The notes below the pieces were generated by a model that did not search any database, was not told the DNA's origin, and was given only the letters and a program-made list of their open reading frames with translations. Below are positions 35,773 to 40,622 of a stretch of 40,622 bases of DNA, piece after piece; within the stretch, counting starts at the first letter, position 1, and every line of letters starts with the position of its first letter. The DNA is taken from contig JASVEC010000151.1 of assembly GCA_030770535.1 (NCBI GenBank), positions 1 to 40,622 on the forward strand, given 5' to 3'. This stretch comes from Batkoa obscura. Its lineage: Eukaryota. Both the position numbers and the translations under genes were made by a program.

Positions 35773-37442
35773 TCATTCCATTTCAGGAGTTGGAAAAGCA
35801 ATTGATTGACCTTTCAATTCACCATCTGTATAAAATAATAAAGGTCGAAAAGATGGCTCATGATTAAGTACACTATTATATTATTATATTATTATATCAT
35901 TATATTGTTATTTGTATCACTATATTAAATTACCTTGAATTTTGAAAATGATTAATTAAAGCATGAATGCCTTGAATAGTAGCATAGGCTAAATCGCATC
36001 TTTTTTCAGATTTAAAATGTGGCCTAAACAAATATTATAATTATTATTGTTGTTATAACTAGTTGTTTATTCAACTTACCACCGATTACCAACATAAATT
36101 TGAATAAATTTAATAATGGCTCTTTAAATAAAAAGATTAGTTTAGTAAAAATAGTATATATAATACACTTACTCCTTACTAATAAAATTAATAAATGCGT
36201 AGCCCACATTACACTTATTAATAAAATCCATACGAAGGTATAAAAAATTAAACTCTCCTAAATGCGTTTGGTTTAACACATCTAATAGCATGGACTAAAA
36301 ACGTTATCATTAATCTATTATAACAACGTATATAAACTGAATTATTACTTGTGTATATTTATTGGGGATGTTTTTAATCATAAAAGTAGTTCGTTGATCC
36401 AAATCTATTTACTTATAAACGTTATATACATAAACAAAAATTTCACTTACTTGATAAAACCTTTTCAGTGTCTTCTATTTTCCAGCTACCTTTCCATGAA
36501 GTACTTATACCATTTTGATTTCTTTGATTTTTATTATTTATTCTTGACATTGTGTTTTCAGAACTTGAAGAAGTAGCAGTTGATATTTGTCTATTATACT
36601 GAGATAATAGTCGATTTTTTTCGGCTCTTAATTTTATAGTCATATTAATATCTCCCATATTTTTATCATATTCATAAAAACAGGTAGCTGTTATGGACTA
36701 TAGCCATTGTTATTAAATAATAGAAACAAAATTTGGTTTAAATATAATACTTACCTTAAGTGTATTAAGCCAAGCTTTAACTCTATCACATACACGTACA
36801 TCATAAAAATTAAGTAATAATATATGAATTTCATCATCTTTAATTGATTTATAATCCTTAAAGCCATCAATTATTTTTAAATGTCTCTAAGAAAAGACTC
36901 TCAATATATTCTTCTTTAATATTATAATTATATCAATTGCTTACTTTAAACGCTTCCAACTCTACATTATCAAAATAATGTAAAATTACAATAGAATTAT
37001 AAAACTTATGTAGTACACTATTATTGCACAAAATCAATGGATCTTGATTGATTTGTTTAATTAACTACAAAAATACATCAACATCAATTAATAATACAAA
37101 TAATAACAATGATAAACTTACATCTCGATAATATAAATCATTATAGAAATTAATTGTATATAGTTTTGGATCTAATATTTCCATAATACTTTGCATAATA
37201 CTATTAGAAAACCGTATATCGTAAATACTTACGAGTACTGTTTGATGTATCATTAATACTTGTACATCCGAAAATTGAAACTTAAAGTTAGATGAGTAGT
37301 TATAAAACTTAGCAATAACAAAAAAGTTAGATACCTTTAACCTCTCATATAAAGGTGATAAAAGTGTATGATCTGGACTTGAAATCATTATATGATGAGT
37401 AGAAAGTTGTAATGAAAACGGTTGATAGATATTTAATGACAT
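35773..37442 (-). CDS. mei2: Mei2-like RNA-binding protein (two degenerate RRMs plus Mei2-type RRM3), about 9 short introns
   Basis: Spliced: LDQRTTFMIKNIPNKYTQ|SMLLDVLNQTHLGEFNFLYLRMDFINKCNVGYAFINFISKE|AII...NRW|PHFKSEKRCDLAYATIQG...NS|SVLNHEPSFRPLLFYTDG...PEME*; upstream SIYDIR and NFYDVR motifs; RRM3 junctions are GT-AG and in frame. Confidence 0.92.
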
Positions 37443-37985
37443 CGTTTATAGTAAAATTGTACAAAATATATAATAGGTTTTCAATAAAAATGATCAAAAT
37501 ACAAAAGGCTATTGAAAAAAGAAACTAACTAACAATTATCTATTAATGATACTATCCTAAATGCATTTAATAAAAAATTTAATGCATTTCGTTTTATTAA
37601 GCTCGGTTTATAAAAGCTTAATAAACAAATCAAAAACTTAATTTCATTTTCAATTCATTTAACTTTTAAACTCCTATTAATAAACAAGATATAAATTTAT
37701 TTCCTGGTGAATCAAAATTTCCTTTTATTTCAACCTAGATCATTACCAAAATCAACAACTTCATCTTAAACCAATATAAAAAAATCCTATTAAAAACTAT
37801 TGTTTACTTTATTGTTATTATTATTATAATATAAAACATTATTATTTTATTATTATTATCTCCACCTAAAATTATATATAAACAAAAAATTTACAATTAA
37901 ATCCCTATCGTCACCGCTTTAAATTTTATCTACTGATTAATCTTCATCCATGTCCTAAATTACTTCACAAACACTTTTTACTTCT

Positions 37986-40622
37986 TCATTTCCTAAACGA
38001 AAGATCATCAATTAATTGAGTATTTCTAGCACAAGTGATCAACATATCTTGCGCTAATATTGACATCTCTGGATTATTTGGCTAATGAAAAAAATCGTTA
38101 TTAAAAGCTATATAAAAAACTCTATAAAGATTCAACTTACTGGTATTGTAACTTCCAAACAAGTAATTGAATAATTTAATTTGGCTGATACTGAAAGGGC
38201 TAATAAACCAGCTAATGATACTTTGGAGTTCAAAGAGATATCTAAACGCGTCAAGCTTTTGGTTTCTGGTAACACTTCTGCTAATGCTATGGCCCCTATT
38301 ATTTTATTAGAATGAAAAAATATTACCAATAAACAAATGTTTTATAATTTATCATTACCTTCTGATGTCATACATGTATTTGATAAAAATAGGGATTTTA
38401 AACTATTGTTTTGTCCAAAGCAGGATTTGATGGACCATAACTAATAAATAAATAAATTTATTAGAGTATAATTATATAAACTAATAGCTTACTCCATCAA
38501 TCGAAGGCCCACACATTGGATTTCCTGATAAATCTAACGAATGTAACTTTCTATTTGTTTTCTATCAAAACAAAAAATTAGTATTATATTATTATAAATA
38601 TTATGTTATTATAAATTACCAAAGCTTCAAAAAGACGGACCATACCAAATTCATCAATTAAATTGCTACCAATTTTAAGTTCTTCTAATTGTGAATTTGG
38701 ACTAGATAGCGGGGATAGTATACAATACAATCCTTCTGTCTATAAAAAATAATTTTCATATCAAAAACATTTCTCTTGATTTTCCTAATATTTACCTTCA
38801 ATGAATTTTGACTTAAATCTAGAATCGACAATTTAGACGATAGAAACATTTTATCTGGCTAAAAAAATAAAAATAATTAAAGAAATAAAAAAAATACAAT
38901 ATAAATTACATCTTCACTGCCACTCAATAACATTGAAATATACTGAGCTCCTTGCGAGGTAATATTATTCCCACACAATGCAAGCGATCTTATATTTGAT
39001 TTGATAATACCTTGGCCTAATAAATATTCATTAAATCAATAACTTGCATCTCAAAGCGTTGTTTAGCTTACATAATATTTTTAACTCTTGCAATCTAATA
39101 GAACACTCATTTAATTTTAAATCCTCAAATGAGGACATATTTGTATCCTGTTCACCGTTAAACCTCGGAGATAATGGAGAAGTTAATGGAGATAAAGGAA
39201 TTTGTGATTCATTTGTCGAATTACTTACTTGAATCTAAATGAATGATTCCACGTGCTAAAAACTTTGCGGATCGATATGTTATTGGTATACCAGATAAAT
39301 CAAGTGATTTTAATTTTTTTGACTAAAAAATAGAAATTAATTAATATCACTGCTATGATTATTATTATGCTATTGTTATCACCTGACTTATGTAAGTAGC
39401 AATATATTTAACACCGTCAGATTTTATTTTTGGATTATTGGCTAAACTTAACATACAAATACGATCTTTTGTTAATAAATTACTCACCAGTACTTTGATA
39501 CTCTAATAAAAATTAAATTCAATATACTAATATAATTGTAAGTAGCCCAATATTTACCTCATCATCTAAGCTGCAATCTTCCAATTCTAATCTTGTTAGA
39601 TTACTAAATAAATCTAACACATCTGATATTGGTAAAATACTTTTCAATGGGAAAGATTCACCTTAAATAATGGAACATATATAATCATAACTTAATATAA
39701 TACAAATAAACCTTACCAGTCAATATGATACTTTCAATGCATTGATTAGTACCAATAGCTTCCTAAAAAAACATAAAACATAAATAGCATTCTATTAAAA
39801 AACTACGATAACTTACCTCCAATATCTGAAGAAATCTCCCGTTAGGATGTTCTTCTCTTGAATTACAAATAGATAAATACCACTCCAAAATATCTTTACA
39901 ACTAAATTTCGCCCCCTCTCCTTTTCCTTTTAACCAAGGGCCTTCCAACCCCATATATTGTTCATAACGATTATCTTCGCTTGGCATTAATTTAATAGAG
40001 GAAGGAATAATATAAGAAGTGGACCTTAAAGGTACAGAAAATCGAACTCTTTTTAATTTATTGGGATTTAATTCCGATGTTTTCCCTTCTTCTTCTTCAT
40101 AGTATGAATTTTTGCTAAATGATAGGAATCGATTCAATAACCGTGTACTTTGTTGTTTAAATACTAAACTGGAACGTCGGGCATAACTACTAGGTGGTAA
40201 AGAAGGTTTAATATCCCTTTTGTCGGTTTTTTATGGGGTTCTTTTGAGTAAAAAAGGCTTAGTATTATATCATGTTTTTATGCATGTTTATTATCAGTTA
40301 CCTGTTACTTCTATTTCTAAGTCCTTAATATTTTTACTATCTTTAACGTTTTGTTCTTTCAACTGCTTTACATCCACCATACCTTCTGGCTCTTCGGTTA
40401 AAATGAAGCTATTGTCTGCTTTTAATATTGGCTTATTTTCATCCCCGTTAATATTCCCATTAGTTAAATTATTATTACTTATTGGTGTTTCCAATATTCT
40501 AAGTTTGGTCAATTCGTCTACTAAGTCTAAATGATCAAATTCGTCTAAACTAAATCGAGTGGGATCAAAACGTAAGCGTTTGTTCATTTCACCTATTAAT
40601 CCCTTAACGGGGTCTTCGTTCT
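37986..40622 (-). CDS. RNI-like LRR protein with RVxF motif (PPP1R37/Mhp1/Gip3-like), 5' end outside the window, many introns
   Basis: LKRVRFSV; WYLSICNSREEHP; LRR exons LTRLELEDCSLDDE, MLSLANNPKIKSDGVKYIATYI, LKSLDLSG, GAIALAEVLPETKSLTRLDISLN, AGLLALSVSAKLNYSITCLEV, ITCARNTQ; apparent frameshift near 39235; 3' end uncertain. Confidence 0.8.

Noticed and set aside
36362..36377. TTGGGGATGTTTTT resembling a MITE terminal repeat
   Set aside because: It is the antisense of KNIPN codons in the Mei2 RRM3, and no MITE body follows
37900..37960. TAA/TAG reassignment suggested by in-frame stops
   Set aside because: TAA terminates RPS13, GlnRS, SF3B1 and SERF normally, and conserved Gln residues use CAA/CAG

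Overview
Very AT-rich eukaryotic DNA with short (~45-60 nt) GT-AG introns. Gene content suggests an early-diverging fungus (inference). Ten host genes can be read: a Ulp2/SENP6-7-like SUMO protease, a PIN-like transporter, SF3B1, a Cys-rich secreted/GPI-type protein, RPS13, a WW-WW-MyTH4-RhoGAP (ARHGAP39-like), a SERF/4F5 protein, glutaminyl-tRNA synthetase, a Mei2-like RRM protein and an RVxF+LRR (PPP1R37/Mhp1-like) protein. SERF is absent from the ORF track and the Mei2-like gene appears only as fragments. A frameshifted secreted-protein gene and its decayed paralog are also present. Intergenic DNA holds about 14 copies of a ~100-bp MITE, five copies of a ~400-460-bp TGT...ACA solo-LTR-like element (4-bp TSDs, nested insertions, one copy heavily C>T mutated), and decayed IS630/Tc1 transposase and Ty3/Gypsy RT remnants. 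The most unusual structure lies just after the RPS13 stop codon: a C/D snoRNA (snR51/U41-type guide) in a probable 3'UTR intron, followed by a G/C-richer hairpin whose arm can alternatively pair with either of two AG|GTACG acceptor sites, a candidate RNA splice switch. Several conserved genes carry small frameshifting indels, most likely assembly errors. All calls were read by eye; no searches were run.
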